The position numbers and the translations under genes were made by a program. The notes under the pieces were generated by a model. That model worked only from the letters and a program-made list of their open reading frames with translations, was not told the DNA's origin and searched no databases. Of a DNA stretch of 64,000 nt, positions 36,501 to 49,328 are shown one piece after another; position 1 is the first letter of the stretch, and each line of letters begins with the position of its first letter. Location: the NCBI GenBank assembly GCA_036172245.1, contig JAYWIR010000022.1:2604001-2668000 (forward strand), in the 5' to 3' direction. The stretch comes from Raillietiella orientalis (lineage: Eukaryota).

Positions 36501-38986
36501 AGAGCTCGTGTGGTCTTCGGCCGAGCGCCGGAGCTCCCCTCGAAGCACAACGAAAGAGAGAGGAAAGGAAGGGGACGTGTTTCGGTCCCTACTCTTCACG
36601 TTGATTACGCATGCGCCCGCTGCCACTGAGGAGGATCCTGTCATCCACAGAACCCTGTGCCTCTCGAGGAAGAAGGGATACAGCGTGTAATCAACAGAGA
36701 GAGGGGGAGGAGAGGTCTCCCGTCCGCGCCGTATACCCCGCATTGTCCGCAGCTGACTCCTCCTCTCCTCCTCCCTTCTTCTTCGGCTCCGTGCACGTCC
36801 CGCAGGTCGGCCTCGGGAGAGGGGGGATGAGGACGAGGACCCGATCGCTTGTGAGACCGCTAGTGCCACGTGGTCCGCATCTCCTTCCCCTCATCCACTC
36901 CCGCAGTGAGCCATGGTACCGGTTCCAGCGCGGACGAAGAGCGAAGTGGATCGATGAAAGAGAGCGACGCTGAAGAAGGTGGTCTTTTTTCGGGTGTGCG
37001 ACAGACGCGCCTTAAACGGGAGGCCGAGATAATTCCTGGAGGAAAGGAAGCGTCGGAAGAAGAGGGAGGAGGGACCTCTCCTTCCAGTCAGGGCACCTGC
37101 AGACGGGTGGATTTGATCCGAGTGCTCCCAGGAATGGCGTCTGCCTAGAGTTGAGTGGAGTTGCCTCTCCGTCTGTCCTCAGCGAGCGCCTCTCTGGAAC
37201 GCGTCCGGAACCGGGGTAAGTCCGGAGAGAAAGCCCTCGTTTCCACTTGCCTTGTAGAGGAAAAGGGCTTTCTCATCCCCCTCACCCTCGCCGTCGCTCG
37301 AACCAGGAGCGCTGCCCTCTCCGTGACGGCATCTTCGTCGGAAGAAAAGAATAGGGACGAAGAGACAGAGCCGCCTTCCCCTCTTCCCTGATTCCCCTGA
37401 AGGAACACGAGGAGGAGAAGGGCCGATTCCCTGGTTCATCCCAGTTTGCTGACCACCATTCCTGCAGGGCGTGTCTGCTCGCCGCGCAGTGGGTGATCGC
37501 ACACAAGACGATCTCCTCGGAACACTTGCCCTCCATCCCTGAGGGACGCTTTTGGGCGCCCCTGGGTTCCTCAACGGAACCGACCGCTCCTTCCCCTACA
37601 CTAATCCTTTGGTCCCTGCCCCGGTCAGCGATCGTTTTGCAAGAGCTCCCTCCCACTCGCGGGTAAACGCGCTGGAGTCCGGCCGCTGTCGCGCCTGTGC
37701 CCTGCCTTCCCTTTCGGCAACGCTCTGCTTACATTACGAGCTATAAATAAGCCCCGGGGAAGCTCACGGGAAGCAGCGGTGCACACCTCCGCCGCGCACC
37801 TCTCTTCCCGGAGGAATGTTTACGTGACGCGCGCAGGGGATCCTTGCACGCGCCTTGCGGCTCCCGAGCGAGCCGTGCCGAGAGCGGTTTTCCTTCCACG
37901 TCTTCGTCTGGGCTGAGGGCGCGGCTGCTGCTGTTTCGAGAGTTGGCAGCCGGCACATCTCCGGGATCGCCTCTGGAGCGGACAGGGAGCGAAGCTCCTT
38001 TCTGCTTAGGGGCAGGACGCAACAGCAGGAGCTTTTAGGGAGAAGGAAATTTCCACAGTAACCTCCCATCTAGCCGTAAGTCTGCTGCCCATGTGTTCCT
38101 CAAGTGAGGGCAGCGCGGCGGTGAGGAGGTTCTGCTTGCCCGCGCACGCTTCACGGGATCTTTCATGATCTCAACCCCGATTGCTCGATCCCATGGACTT
38201 TTGCGCTAGGGAGTGCTACTGGGTATTTCGGAGGAAGACCTGAAGTGGCCTACGGTTCTCATGAACACCCGCACCCTCCCCTTGAAGTGGTAGGAATCGG
38301 CTCTGCTTCTGCTGCACTGGAGCTTCCCCGGAATCATTGGACACGGGGGGAGGGGGGGACCCGAACTGTGCAAGGTGCAGGGAGCGGGAATCTCTCCTGC
38401 ACAACCTAGTGGACTATGTTACCCTCCGGTCCCTTTGAGGACGCTTTGCTGCGATCCTTGCAACCCCCTGCGGCAACGCTAAAGACGTTTCGAAGCACCT
38501 CTTCCTGCGCGATGCCCTCACGCCGGCCGCATCCCTAGCAGCGCTTGGCTGCCTACGCGGCGAGACTGTAGCTGCATGGAGCACCGCCAGAAAAGGTCAG
38601 GACGACAGGGACGCCATCCACTTTGCTGTCCTCTTCATGAGGATAGTGTCAAGATGGCCCCATCTGAGATTCTTGAAAGAGGAACTTACCGGCATACTTA
38701 CAAGGATGCAGAGGAGACCCTCCAGAGCACAGTGATCTATTCCCGAATTTATTCCCGATCTATTCCCCCCCTTCCTTTTTTTTGACTGCTTGTTTTTTGC
38801 TTTATTTTCTTCTTTTTGTTTGTCTCCCCTTCCCCTGTGCTGCCGAGGCGGATCTCGCTGGCTTGCGTGCTAGTTCCCGGCAGGTTCCTTCTCGTAGTTA
38901 TAAGTAAGGTGGCAGGATAAAACGTCCTGCCACAGACATATATGTTTATATTATAAATAAACGCCCGTCGTGACCAGGTGTCAACC
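36500..38986 (+). mobile_element. Degenerate L1/Tx1-like LINE, RT to 3' end (copy B)
   Basis: Remnants of RPxxLxxxDY (~36580) and QGxPLS (~37305), QFADH (~37442), zinc finger PNCARCRERESLLHNL (~38360), and a 3' UTR homologous to copy A. Confidence 0.7.
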
Positions 38987-39049
38987 AGGGAGAAGGAAAG
39001 GAAGCCGCAGGAGGAGCGCGTTCCGCCGGCGAGACGGAGATGACATCCG

Positions 39050-41250
39050 TCCTGATCCGACGAAAACTACTTGACCATCCTCCTCCCTTTAGGCGAAATC
39101 CGCCAACGCCATCGTCAGCGTCGTCACACTAGCCGGGATGCTCCAATCCTCCTTGCCGCCGCCGCCACCTTTTGGCCCGGGTCCTCGAACAGCGCCTCCT
39201 CCCAGATCTCCGCCGTGATCGGCGAGGAGAATCACGACGAATGCGTTTCTTGAGGGGTGGCCTCCCTGTTCCCAGCCAGGAGACGAGATCTGTGGGGGCG
39301 GGACGAAACCTTCCCGATCACCTGGCCTGAGGCAACTCACACAAGTTCGTGCTGGATCCTCCTCTCCGAGGCGTTTCGCACTGTCTGAGGTGGGGAAGAA
39401 GAGGAGGAAAAATGCTTCCTTTCCTCCTTTCCTTCAAGACATGCTGGACAACTCATGTCTTGGACCCTGTCCTTGCCCGAGTCGGGACGCTGCAACTTAC
39501 CGCTCCGCGATGGTCCCACCTTCTGAAGATCTGGCGACGCTGCGGAACCTTTCGTGTCCCTTCCCCGAACGGCCTCGAGCCAAGTGCCCGTGGGACCGGG
39601 GAATTGACTCCTCTGCCGCCTTCCCGAATCTGCTGCTCTCTTTGGAAGCCGCTCTTCTTCAGCACCTTGAGAACTCCTCGCCGTCCCGCTTCGATCCCAC
39701 GTCGCGACCCCAGACACGTGCCCTTTCTTTCAACGAACGCTCACGGAACAAAGCGTCGGCAAGACGAAGAGGGGCTCCCTAAGAATTCTCTTCCTCCCCC
39801 TCGCGATCTTTGAAGCGACGCACATCCCGGGTAAGCGAGCGCGGGGCTGGCGATGTTGCTACGGGCAACCGGGAACACTCGGCTGGGCCGGTGAGCAGGA
39901 GGGGAGTTTCCATCGATCCCTCTGCTTCCCACGCGCGCGCGAAAACGCAAGGGAGAGGGGGATCTCTAGGTCTCCCTTTTGCGTCCAGAGTGGAGCCGGA
40001 GTCCACGGCGAATGCTGCGGCCTTCCTCCCCTCGAGGGGAGCGCAGATGGCAGTCCTTCGTGGACCTGAATGGCGTTTCCGGGAACGGACTGACCTGGTT
40101 CGCCGCGGCGCTCCCCAAGGAAGATCACAGCATCTGTCCTGAAGACCCCTTTTTCCCCCACGAGGTCCCCTCTCGTGCTGGAAGAGGAGCGGCGGGACGG
40201 AACTGGAAAGGGAAGACGAGCGGAAGGGACACTCGGGATCGCTGTGGCTCTTCCCAGAGTTCGGCACGGACCTTCCCATCTGCCTGGTCGCCGTCCCGTG
40301 TCGCTCGCATTTTTCCGTCTGCCTGCTGCCTAGGTGCGGTGACCCCAACTTATGGCTCGATTGCATCTCCCGGGAATGCTGGATGCAGCTGCTGCACACC
40401 AATCACCTCCTGATCTCGAGCTCCTTCAACACTTTGCTGCTCGTTCTGAGGCATATGTCTGCAGCCACAGTGACCCTCGGGACACCGGAGCGAGGGGTGG
40501 CGCTTTGGAGGGGAAGTATACCAGAGTCTCTCTCCCTCAGAGAAACTGGTGATCCCTCCCTTTTGTTCCCGAACAGTTCCATGCTCTCCCCTCAGATGGC
40601 AGCACGTGGTGGCGTTCTTTTCTCTCTGGGCTTTCCCATGCAACCCACAGTGGCACCTCGTGTCCAGACGAGAGAGCCAGATACCTCCCCGAACTAAACC
40701 TCGTGCGGGAGCAAACCAATCCTTCCCGCGTCCAGAACAGTGGACTGTGCCCTCCGCTGTTCACGGAGACGTCATGCAGGAGAGTTCCAAAATTCGTAGG
40801 ACACCCACCCCGTGGGAGACTGACTTTCGTTCGCCTCAGCAGAGCCTCAGCATGGGAAATCCCAGTGGTCATCCGCGCGTGGCGACGAATTGCTCTACAC
40901 AAAGTCGAGGGGCATAGCAGGAGAAGAAACGGGAAGCCATCTGCGCAGCAATTCTCATGGTGAAGAGCTCGGCAAGATGGCTGGCTCCACTTAGAAAAAG
41001 GGCTAAAGAAGGAAGCATCATAGGCTGTAGAAGAAAAGGAAAAACCATTTCCGTGACCCCAGCACCCTTCTGTTACGCACATTTTTGTTTGTTTGTATGC
41101 CGCCTCTTCCCTTCATCGCTCCAGTCTTCGTGCGAAGTCGACCTGTGAGTCGGCGTCGCCTCCTCTCTGGACGGCGTAGGCACGTGCTGGCGGTGGTTGT
41201 TTATTTATTTGTTTTCCCCATAAACGTCCCGGCGTGAACGGTTGACGGGC
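39050..41250 (+). mobile_element. Degenerate L1/Tx1-like LINE, RT to 3' end (copy C)
   Basis: LD...EAFRTV (~39353, LDxxKAFDxV), TPLPP/LLLSLEA (~39605-39650), and terminus cATAAAcgtCCCGGcgtga. Confidence 0.6.
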
Positions 41251-41299
41251 CTCTACTCTCAGATTATCCTAAGGCTCGTAGATGCCCCTCTCATTCCCA

Positions 41300-44150
41300 G
41301 AAGTTGCGAAGGAGCATTCTAAAGGGGGCGCAGTGGTTCTTCCCATAGTGAACGTGGGCACGAAATGATAAGATGGAACTTGATATTTCTCGCTTCAATG
41401 GCTTCCTGCATGAGGCTGTCCCCTCGTGCATGCTGATGGGCTGTCTTCGCCGTGGCATGTGCGTGCGAAGAATGGATTCCGGGACACAATCCTGCTGACC
41501 CTGCAACTGCGGTGGCTGCCGCAGTCGACCCTCAGATGAGCCGGGGCACGAGTGAGAATGCACACGGAGGACAACTATGCAAAAATCCTTATCCAGTGCT
41601 CAGACGCCGCAGACATCATCACTTGAGAACGCAGAGTGAATCACAAAGCGAGCAATCGAGATGAAAGGCGATAAACGCGGAAGAAAGAATATTTGGGCAA
41701 GCCATGACAACGGGGCGGTTGGCAACCGGCTTGAAAGGCCGGGGATTCATCATGCTCGAGTCGAAACGCACAGGACGATCGAAGCAATCTGGGAGCATCG
41801 GCGCCTCCTGAATGACAAATGAAAGAAATCGGCGATGGCTTCTTCCTCCCGGAGGAAGTCAAATGATCTCAGGAGATTGGTATCCCAGTAGTCTACAGAA
41901 ATCAGGCGGTTAACAGGAGAAGATGGCAGGAGTTGGCATCTTCCGTCAACGGAGGAACGGGGTCATTCCTTGCTGCGCAACCTCGCGAAACGTGAACTTT
42001 CTGTTCCTGCCATTGCGAGCTGGTTCGAGAGATTTCCCATCGTCCTCGCGGTTGGATCCCGTGCGCCGTTTGGACTGCATTCTTGACTTTTTTGGTTATT
42101 GCAATCTGGAAACGCCCTGGTGATGTTTCTCCGAAGGTTTCCGGAGCGGGTGTCGGTAAGCCCCTGGGTCGCAGGTCCAAGCGCTTGCAAAGCTTCCCCC
42201 TTGTCTCCAACGTGGAGCTCGAACGCGCCACTTCATCAGAGGAAGAAGGAACGGAGCGAAAACAACAGCATCGCGCCTCCGGAATGCAACCATGAGAAGA
42301 GTCTTGGACCACTCTTTCGTTAGGGCAGGCGCGAATTCGTAGACTGCAGGCAGGCACAGCTGACCTTCATCTCGCCTTCCATTGTCCCCCATATGTTCTT
42401 TTTTTCTTCCTCTTTTTCGCAAAAGAAAGAAATGAAAGTTGAATTGACTGGAGAAGAATTAAAGTGGGGAGGCAGCTCGAGAAATCGAGTCAGATGGCTC
42501 TTTCATTTCGTGGCAGAGTACCGATGATTCCGAGTAGCCGCCGAGAGGAAATCGCTTTGGCCAGCCAGCGTCGCTCCTCCTCCTCTTCATAATTCACTCG
42601 ATACCGCGCTGTTTACGGACGAGCTCTTTGAAAGTGGCGAGATGTGGCAGCAGGGAAAAGAATTTCGATATAAATCATTGCTGTTTTCCCGAGGAGCAGG
42701 AGCCTATCGCGAACGCTTGAGCTTATGCGTTTCTTCCCACCTTCCCTCCCAATCAGGAGTTTTTGATTATTTTCTCCCGGGTGGGTCCCTCTCCATTTTA
42801 ATCTCTAATTGAGAAGTCTTTTGAATCCGATCATAGCAACCCCTTCAGCTCCTTCTTTCTTGACTTCGATGCTTAATATCTCAATCGCAACGACTGGGGG
42901 TAATGCATCGCCATGGGGTCGGGTCGATGGAGTGGGCTGGGTCAACAGAATGGACAAAAATGTCTTTGCTTCCTGTCAGAGTTCTGCCACCTTTCCCTCA
43001 ATGGTTTAGGCGCATCCGTTAGCCCTTCCCGGATTGGAAATCTGCCACGGGTTTGGCACGCTGCCACTATCGAGCAGCCCTCGAGAAGTCCAAGCAAGCC
43101 CAACTAAGATCTGAAAATGAAGAACTTGCAACGAAGAGCTCCATTTTATCTCTCCTCGTTTCGTGATCATCCCGAAGTCGTAGCCCAATGACGCTTATCC
43201 TTTGGGGTTCTTCTGCTTTCGCTGCTTTCTTTCCAGCTCTTTTTCTTGCTTGCTTTCTCTTTTTTTGGGTTTCGAATTGTCTTTTTTTTTTGAGGGGGGG
43301 GGAGGGGGGTTCGTCAAGTGCAGAAGGACCGTTCGCCTTGCCAGGGAGACTCGAAAAGCTCTATCCGCACTGTCCACGCCACCCGAAGGTGCGTGTGACT
43401 CTTCAAGTTAGGGGTCAACCCTGGAGGGAGCACCCTATGAATCCAGGAAGGCTCCGGAGGAAGGGGAGTCCGTTCCTGTCACGCTTGGGAGGGAACTCAT
43501 TAGGGAACCTCTTCCTTCCTTATTCTCTTCAGAGGGGACTCCCCGGAGAAGGCTGCTTCATTATTTCTTTTCTCTGAAGGGAACCCGGAGAAGATTCCGC
43601 TCCAAGAACTTGTTCTCCGGAGGGAACCGCTCCTGGTTCCCTCCTTCTCCGAAAAGAACCCCGAAGGGATCAACGCTTCCCGTTTTCTCCAAGGGGTCCG
43701 CTCCCCGAAGGGAGCAGCGTGCTTCTTGATGCCATAGAGAGGCAACCTCCCGAGGGGGAAGAGGGGCATCAGTTGGCTCCAGTTGGTACCCGGTGGAGGG
43801 AGGCTCCCTCTTCACAACCGGAAGGGAACAGCCCCTCGATTCCTGGAAGGACCTCAGAGGGTCGACTCCCGATCCCGGCTAGTCAGCGGGGGCATCCGGT
43901 TTCCGCCAGTGCCGCACCCCAATGAGTTTCTTCCCACCTTCAAGTCCCCCCTGATAGGGGGGACTTGAAGCCCCCATGACGCACACCCCGTTGCCGGGGT
44001 GGATCCTTTCCGGGTATTCGAACCGCATCCTCGACACCTGGCGCCACTCGCTCGTAGGCCGCAGCTACAAGACCGCCAACGCGAGCTGGACGCTCACCCT
44101 TCACTTCTGGTGGTGGTGAGGTGATCTTTCCGAGCGCGCCGGTTCCCCCG
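41300..44150 (-). mobile_element. Degenerate L1/Tx1-like ORF2 (endonuclease, linker, RT)
   Basis: GGDLK at the GDFN position (~43950), charged linker KRESKQEKELERKQ, GQSDFLS (QGDPLS, ~42560) and HMGDN (YADD, ~42390). Homologous to 16350-17030. Confidence 0.55.
43938..43970. repeat. Perfect 15-bp inverted repeat with 3-nt spacer
   Basis: CTTCAAGTCCCCCCT-GAT-AGGGGGGACTTGAAG. Confidence 0.95.
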
Positions 44151-44666
44151 ACACGTCTGACACGTTAGTCCTGACACGCAATCGAGCAGGGAAAGTCGCG
44201 GACCCCGAATCGCACCGGTTGCGCGCTGTCCTTTCCGGAGCCCCATCTTTCACCCTGCCGAGTGTTCCCGTTTGTTTTCTTTGGAGCGCAGCCCCCGTTT
44301 ATTTTCTTTGAAAGTACTCCGTTTGGGGAGCGTGCGCTCACCGATTTGTTTGCTCCTCGATCATCTCATTCCGCCGGAGCCAGAGAAACAGATCCTTTTT
44401 TATTGTCTCATGGGGATATCCATTTTTTATGTTCTTCAGGCAGACAAAAATCGGAGCCCAAGTGACAAGCCGACCAGTCTTGGCTCCAGAGTGATTAGGC
44501 TGAAAAGTTGGAGTCGCTTTTTTTTCTTTTTTTATGGACTCGAAGCCTGCCTTCAAGAGATTGTGGCTTCCTCGCACTTAGCTACGACATGGGATTAATG
44601 TATCAGGGATGCTTGTTAGACTTCTCTACCAAGGTAGAGAATCCACACACGGAAGAATAGTCGCAG

Positions 44667-44948
44667 GTTGTTTCAACTGTCTGCGCACGTACGCGAACCC
44701 ACTCTGTGCTTGTTTCCCACGCAGCATACCTTCTGCCAACATCTCCGATTCGCGAAAGGTGAGTGAAGGTTTCTCACGGGAAGCAACCAGTTTTTCAGGA
44801 AGCAGCACCAGTAGGAAAGGTGGGAGGTAATACCTGCCAGTAATTGCGGATTCGCAGGACAGAAAGTGGACTTTCCTTCACGGTGGTACTTTTTCGACGA
44901 ACGCGTTGACAATGAGTGTGATGACCTATTTCGCCGATCATTGGAATC
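44667..44948 (+). CDS. Possible small coding exons of an unidentified gene (44667-44758, 44799-~44826, 44858-44948)
   Basis: A strong donor (AAG|gtgagt at 44759) and a tttttcag acceptor (44798) define a 40-nt intron. The frames read CFNCLRTYANPLCACFP... and QKVDFPSRWYFFDERVD.... The second intron would be only 31 nt. Confidence 0.3.
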
Positions 44949-47900
44949 GTAATCAGGGCTCCCATTTCTAAAGAGCTCTTCTGTAGGAATTCTTTTCATT
45001 CCAGAATTTCTCAACGAAACAAACTTGCGAGTCTTTTTTTCCCTTCTTCCGCGCCTTCCCTTATGCCTTCTCACCTGATTCATGGTTATTGCTCCAGGCT
45101 CAGTGTTGAATCGTGTCTTTCTTTATTCCTATACTTGTTGCTGTTCCCATGTATCCACGGGCGACATCTGCATATGAATCACGGAGGTTCGTTTCTTTGC
45201 AATTCTCCCAGTCCCAAATCGCTCTGGCTGCATATATCCGGTCCACTATTTCAAATCACAATTCATGAAGTGTACACTTAAGCATGGCCTATGGGGCATA
45301 TGCAGATGTTATATGCAAACCATCATACCATATCTTGTGCATCTGTAAAACTGTATTTCTTTTTTTTAAAAAAAAAAAAAAACTTCGCCCCTCCTGCCTT
45401 TTCCATGCTTTTCATTCTTTTCTTTTGTTTTCACTTTTCTCCTCTTTTGTGCTTACCCACTTTAGGTCCATGCAACTGCCCTAAGTCATTTCATATTCTT
45501 GGAATCACTGATAAAAGTATAAAATGTTCCAAATAATAAAATGTACTTGAATTGTTTCTTTGGATTCAGCAATGCAGATTGAAAACTGAGAATTGCTTTC
45601 TGAAAAGAGGGAAAAAAAATCAAAAGTTACTTTCATGGTTCATCTGCTTTCCTTCTTGTTTCGATTCACTGTTCTATTTTAGAGGCTGAGTCTCAAAGGA
45701 AAACTGCCCATCTTCAGATCAAGTAGGAAGAATGATGGAAGAATATCTATTCAAAATCCATCTCGAAAACAGTTGTGCAATCTGCAGAAACCTGGATGAG
45801 AAGATCAAGAATTTGAGCAAAATTAACCCTCACTAATCGAAATCGAAAAAGAATTAAAAAAAAAAAAAGGGAGGAGGGGGAGAGAGAGGAAGGGAAAGGA
45901 TTCTGTGAGTACTTTTGAAAACAGAAACAATCGATTTGATATAGTCATCATCAACCTGTGCCTATCTTCCCCCTTCCTATTTTCTTGCACATAACACTGT
46001 GGACTTCTGTTGCTGGCAAGCAGCTTGTTGCTTCACCCTTCTAACTTCTTGTGCTTGTGTTCTTCGGCCCCGTCATGACTGCAGATGTTCCCCCCTTTCC
46101 AAATGTTTTTTGAGTTCCTCATCAAATCTAGAGGTCCGCCTCAAACCACCAGCGTTTCCTGTGGAGGCTTTCGACTTGAAAATAACACTTGCTGATCCTT
46201 TGCTTATAACCGTTTTTGTGTGTGTGTGTTTCAAAGGATTGAAGTGTTTAAACCCCAGAATGAAACAGGCCAGGCTTTGCATCTTACACAGTCAAATTCC
46301 TTGATTTGGAGGTATTTGCAAAGAGTTGTGATTTAGGCTCAGATTTCCATGGTCCTTGAAATGAGAAACTCCTACTTTGTGTGTGAAAGGAGGCACGATT
46401 CTGCATATTACTTCCTTCGAAGTTTATTGTGTTGGCATTTTTTGTGTTCTTCCTGAGAGAATCATTATGGAGCAAGCCATCTCTAATCATTTTCCAAATA
46501 TCTGTGTAATTCATCATCATGAGATGGATTCCGTGAAAAAAAAAAAAAAATTGGGACCATTTTCTTCCCTTACATTTCTTCTGTCCCCCTCATAAGAGTT
46601 TCCTTCATCAGCACGCCTCATCCTCTCGTTTCGAAATCATTTCATGATTCATTTCCTATTGTATTTATTTGCTACGTTCTTTGCTGCCTTGGACATGTGA
46701 TTCTCACCCTTTTTCAACTTCTTAAGAGCTTGGGGGTGGGTAGAATGGTAGGTCGTGTAGTAAGGGACTTACTATGCTTTCAGCAAATGGATTATATGGT
46801 GATTATGACATAATATTGGATTTGCCATTGGAGGATGGTTGTAGGTGGGATATACATGGGAGGGGAATGGGAATTATAGCTCTGGTCGCAAGCTTAATGT
46901 GATGAAAACAATATGTAGCGAGGGAAGAAATTCCTTTTTTAAATACCTCCAGCGTGTGTTTTTACAATTGAGATCTCAATAATACTTTTACCATTATTCA
47001 AAATTTTTTGGAAATGTGGTGATGATTACATCCTATGATTGACAATATACACCGCAAAGGATCTGAAATTTTTCTAGAAAAAAAAAAAAAATAGTTGGCG
47101 GGTGTTTGGTAATGTCGTTTAGACGTTGGGGAATGAGGACGGCTGATTGAAAACGGTTTGGGGGAATCACACTGAACACGAAGGAGCTGCATGAATAACG
47201 AACAGCAAAATGGTTTCAGAGTTTCTTGATTCTTCGGTCAGGGAAGGGGATATGGTCAAGCATCTCACTGAACTGCCATGGGGATTAGGAGGCTTCAATT
47301 TTCCTCACACTGCGAGTTGAGGCAGTGATGATGCAAATACCAACTAAGGTGAAAGAAAAGGAAAAAAAAAATTTTTTTTTTTTCTCTCTCATAATCAAGT
47401 GCAGCAAATCTTTCACGAGATCCAAAAAAGATGATGTGAGCATACGTAATCTGAAAAGTCCCACAACCTGTGTGTGAGTGCAATGAGCAGAAATCGAAGG
47501 TCTCCGAGGTTGGGACGAAATGAGTGCCAAGAAGTGGGGAGTGGTGTGCATGCAAGTGGATGCAGAAAACCCAACTATCTCCCAACCCTCGCATTCCATT
47601 GCGTCATCACGGAAAAGTGTTTGGCCGGAAACACGGCAGAATCGAGTTCCGAGCTTCCGGTTTCCACGTTATCCACCGACTGGTGGTGGTCGTGGCTGCT
47701 CGAGGCGCTCCAAGGTGGAACCGCGGCGGGTGGCACGCCGTGTGGTGTACGGCTGCCTTCCCAAATGTTGACCGTCGACATTCCAAGAAGTGTACACCCC
47801 GTCTGGGGTTGGGTCGCACACCCATTTCGTGCTTGCACGAAGAAAGAGGTGGTCCCTGAGATCATGCAGACTTGCTGGTTCAGAGGGAAAAGATGCTGGC

Positions 47901-49328
47901 GTGTTAGTCTTCGGAGAATCGTCTGTCGAATTTTTTTTTTTCTTTTTTTCCCCCCCTTGTAGAGATTGCTTGGAAGCTTCAGGGCCGGATCACTCTCAAG
48001 TGATTTTTATTTTTTTGTTTTGTGGACTGTTATTTTATATCACACAGTCGCAGTTTTTACCACAGCCGATCAAGTTTCACAACGTGTTGTGATCAGTAGG
48101 TATGATGATCTCTCGCGCCATAAAATTTTCGTGTTTTGTGTTTTCCGTGTTACGTAACGGCACTTACCTCAGATTTGATTTCAGGAGTCAAATGCTTTGC
48201 CATCTAGGTAGCCACTTCTGTTCATTTGTTTTTAATTCGAAATTCTGAATCACTGTGTGCTATCGAGTAATTCGTTGCAGAATGACGAATGCTTTTGTTT
48301 TCATGTTCACAACATTCATAGTATGTGCTCCCCTAAAATTCAAACTCTTTGGACGCGAGTTGGTTTGAAGGCATACAGCGAACTGTCATGTTGAGGATAG
48401 AAAGTTTGTTCATCAGAGTGTATAAATTCCAACATGATTTCCGGAATATCCGGCGGACTGGTGCCAAAAATTTGTTCTTTGAAAAAATTCTCATTGCACA
48501 TGCTTGTTATATGATTGTGGTTGCAGCATAGGTAAATGTTTCAAAAGAATCCAAACGTCAAATGAAATCTTAGTGAAGGATTCAACGTTTTGAAATAAAA
48601 GTCAATGCGATTGAAACTATGCTTGCATTGAACCAATATTTGGTTTCAGTTTCAAGCACTAATTGTACTTTTGTATTTCTCAAAGGTACTTTCAATGACT
48701 TTTTGAAATTACTTGTTCTTGTCCATGTATATCATAGTGCACGTCTCTGAGTTAATGGAAGGTTACGTCTTGAAACTTCGTTTTTAATGCATTGGGTGTA
48801 TGTTATGTTGGTGATCCAGGCTCATACCAGATCAGGACAGTTGTTAAATTCTATCTGCATGCAATTATCCGAATTGTGTGGGCAGTATTTTCCCAGTTGA
48901 CAGCGCATACTGCTGCCAGAGTTGTGAATAGAATTTTGTATTGGAATCTTTATTTCAGTATGATTTGTCATTTTATATAATCAGATCATTTGTATGTATA
49001 ATTTTTTTGTCAGAAATAGCAGAATATCTTGACTACCCCTATTTTCCTGATATCCACCTATTGGAATGTCTCTGGACTGATCCAAATAATTTTTTGGAAA
49101 TGTCCAATGAAAAGTACTTCAAAACACACTTTTATGCCATTGTACACAAAAAAGATCTTAAGCATCTATTTTGAAATGTTTCCATGAATGTTTATTCACA
49201 TTAAAAAAAAGAAGTGATAGTTATATGAAGAGTTGAATTTTATTGCTATATATTGTAAGACTGATTTCAGGAGTTAATTATTTTCTTCAACTTGAATTTA
49301 GAAACTTGAAAGTTCCATAAATTTCGAA

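Noticed and set aside
1..44500. Hundreds of 60-370 aa ORFs in the six-frame track
   Set aside because: They are Arg/Pro/Gly/Ser-rich, overlap in all frames and are expected from stop-poor GC-rich DNA. Recognisable motifs jump between frames, as in decayed transposons.
46073..48203. Minus-strand gene divergent from SGTA (MAKHLTPEIKSE|gtaagt at 48203-48168, further donors near 46570 and 46288)
   Set aside because: I could not assemble a phase-consistent chain or recognise a product.
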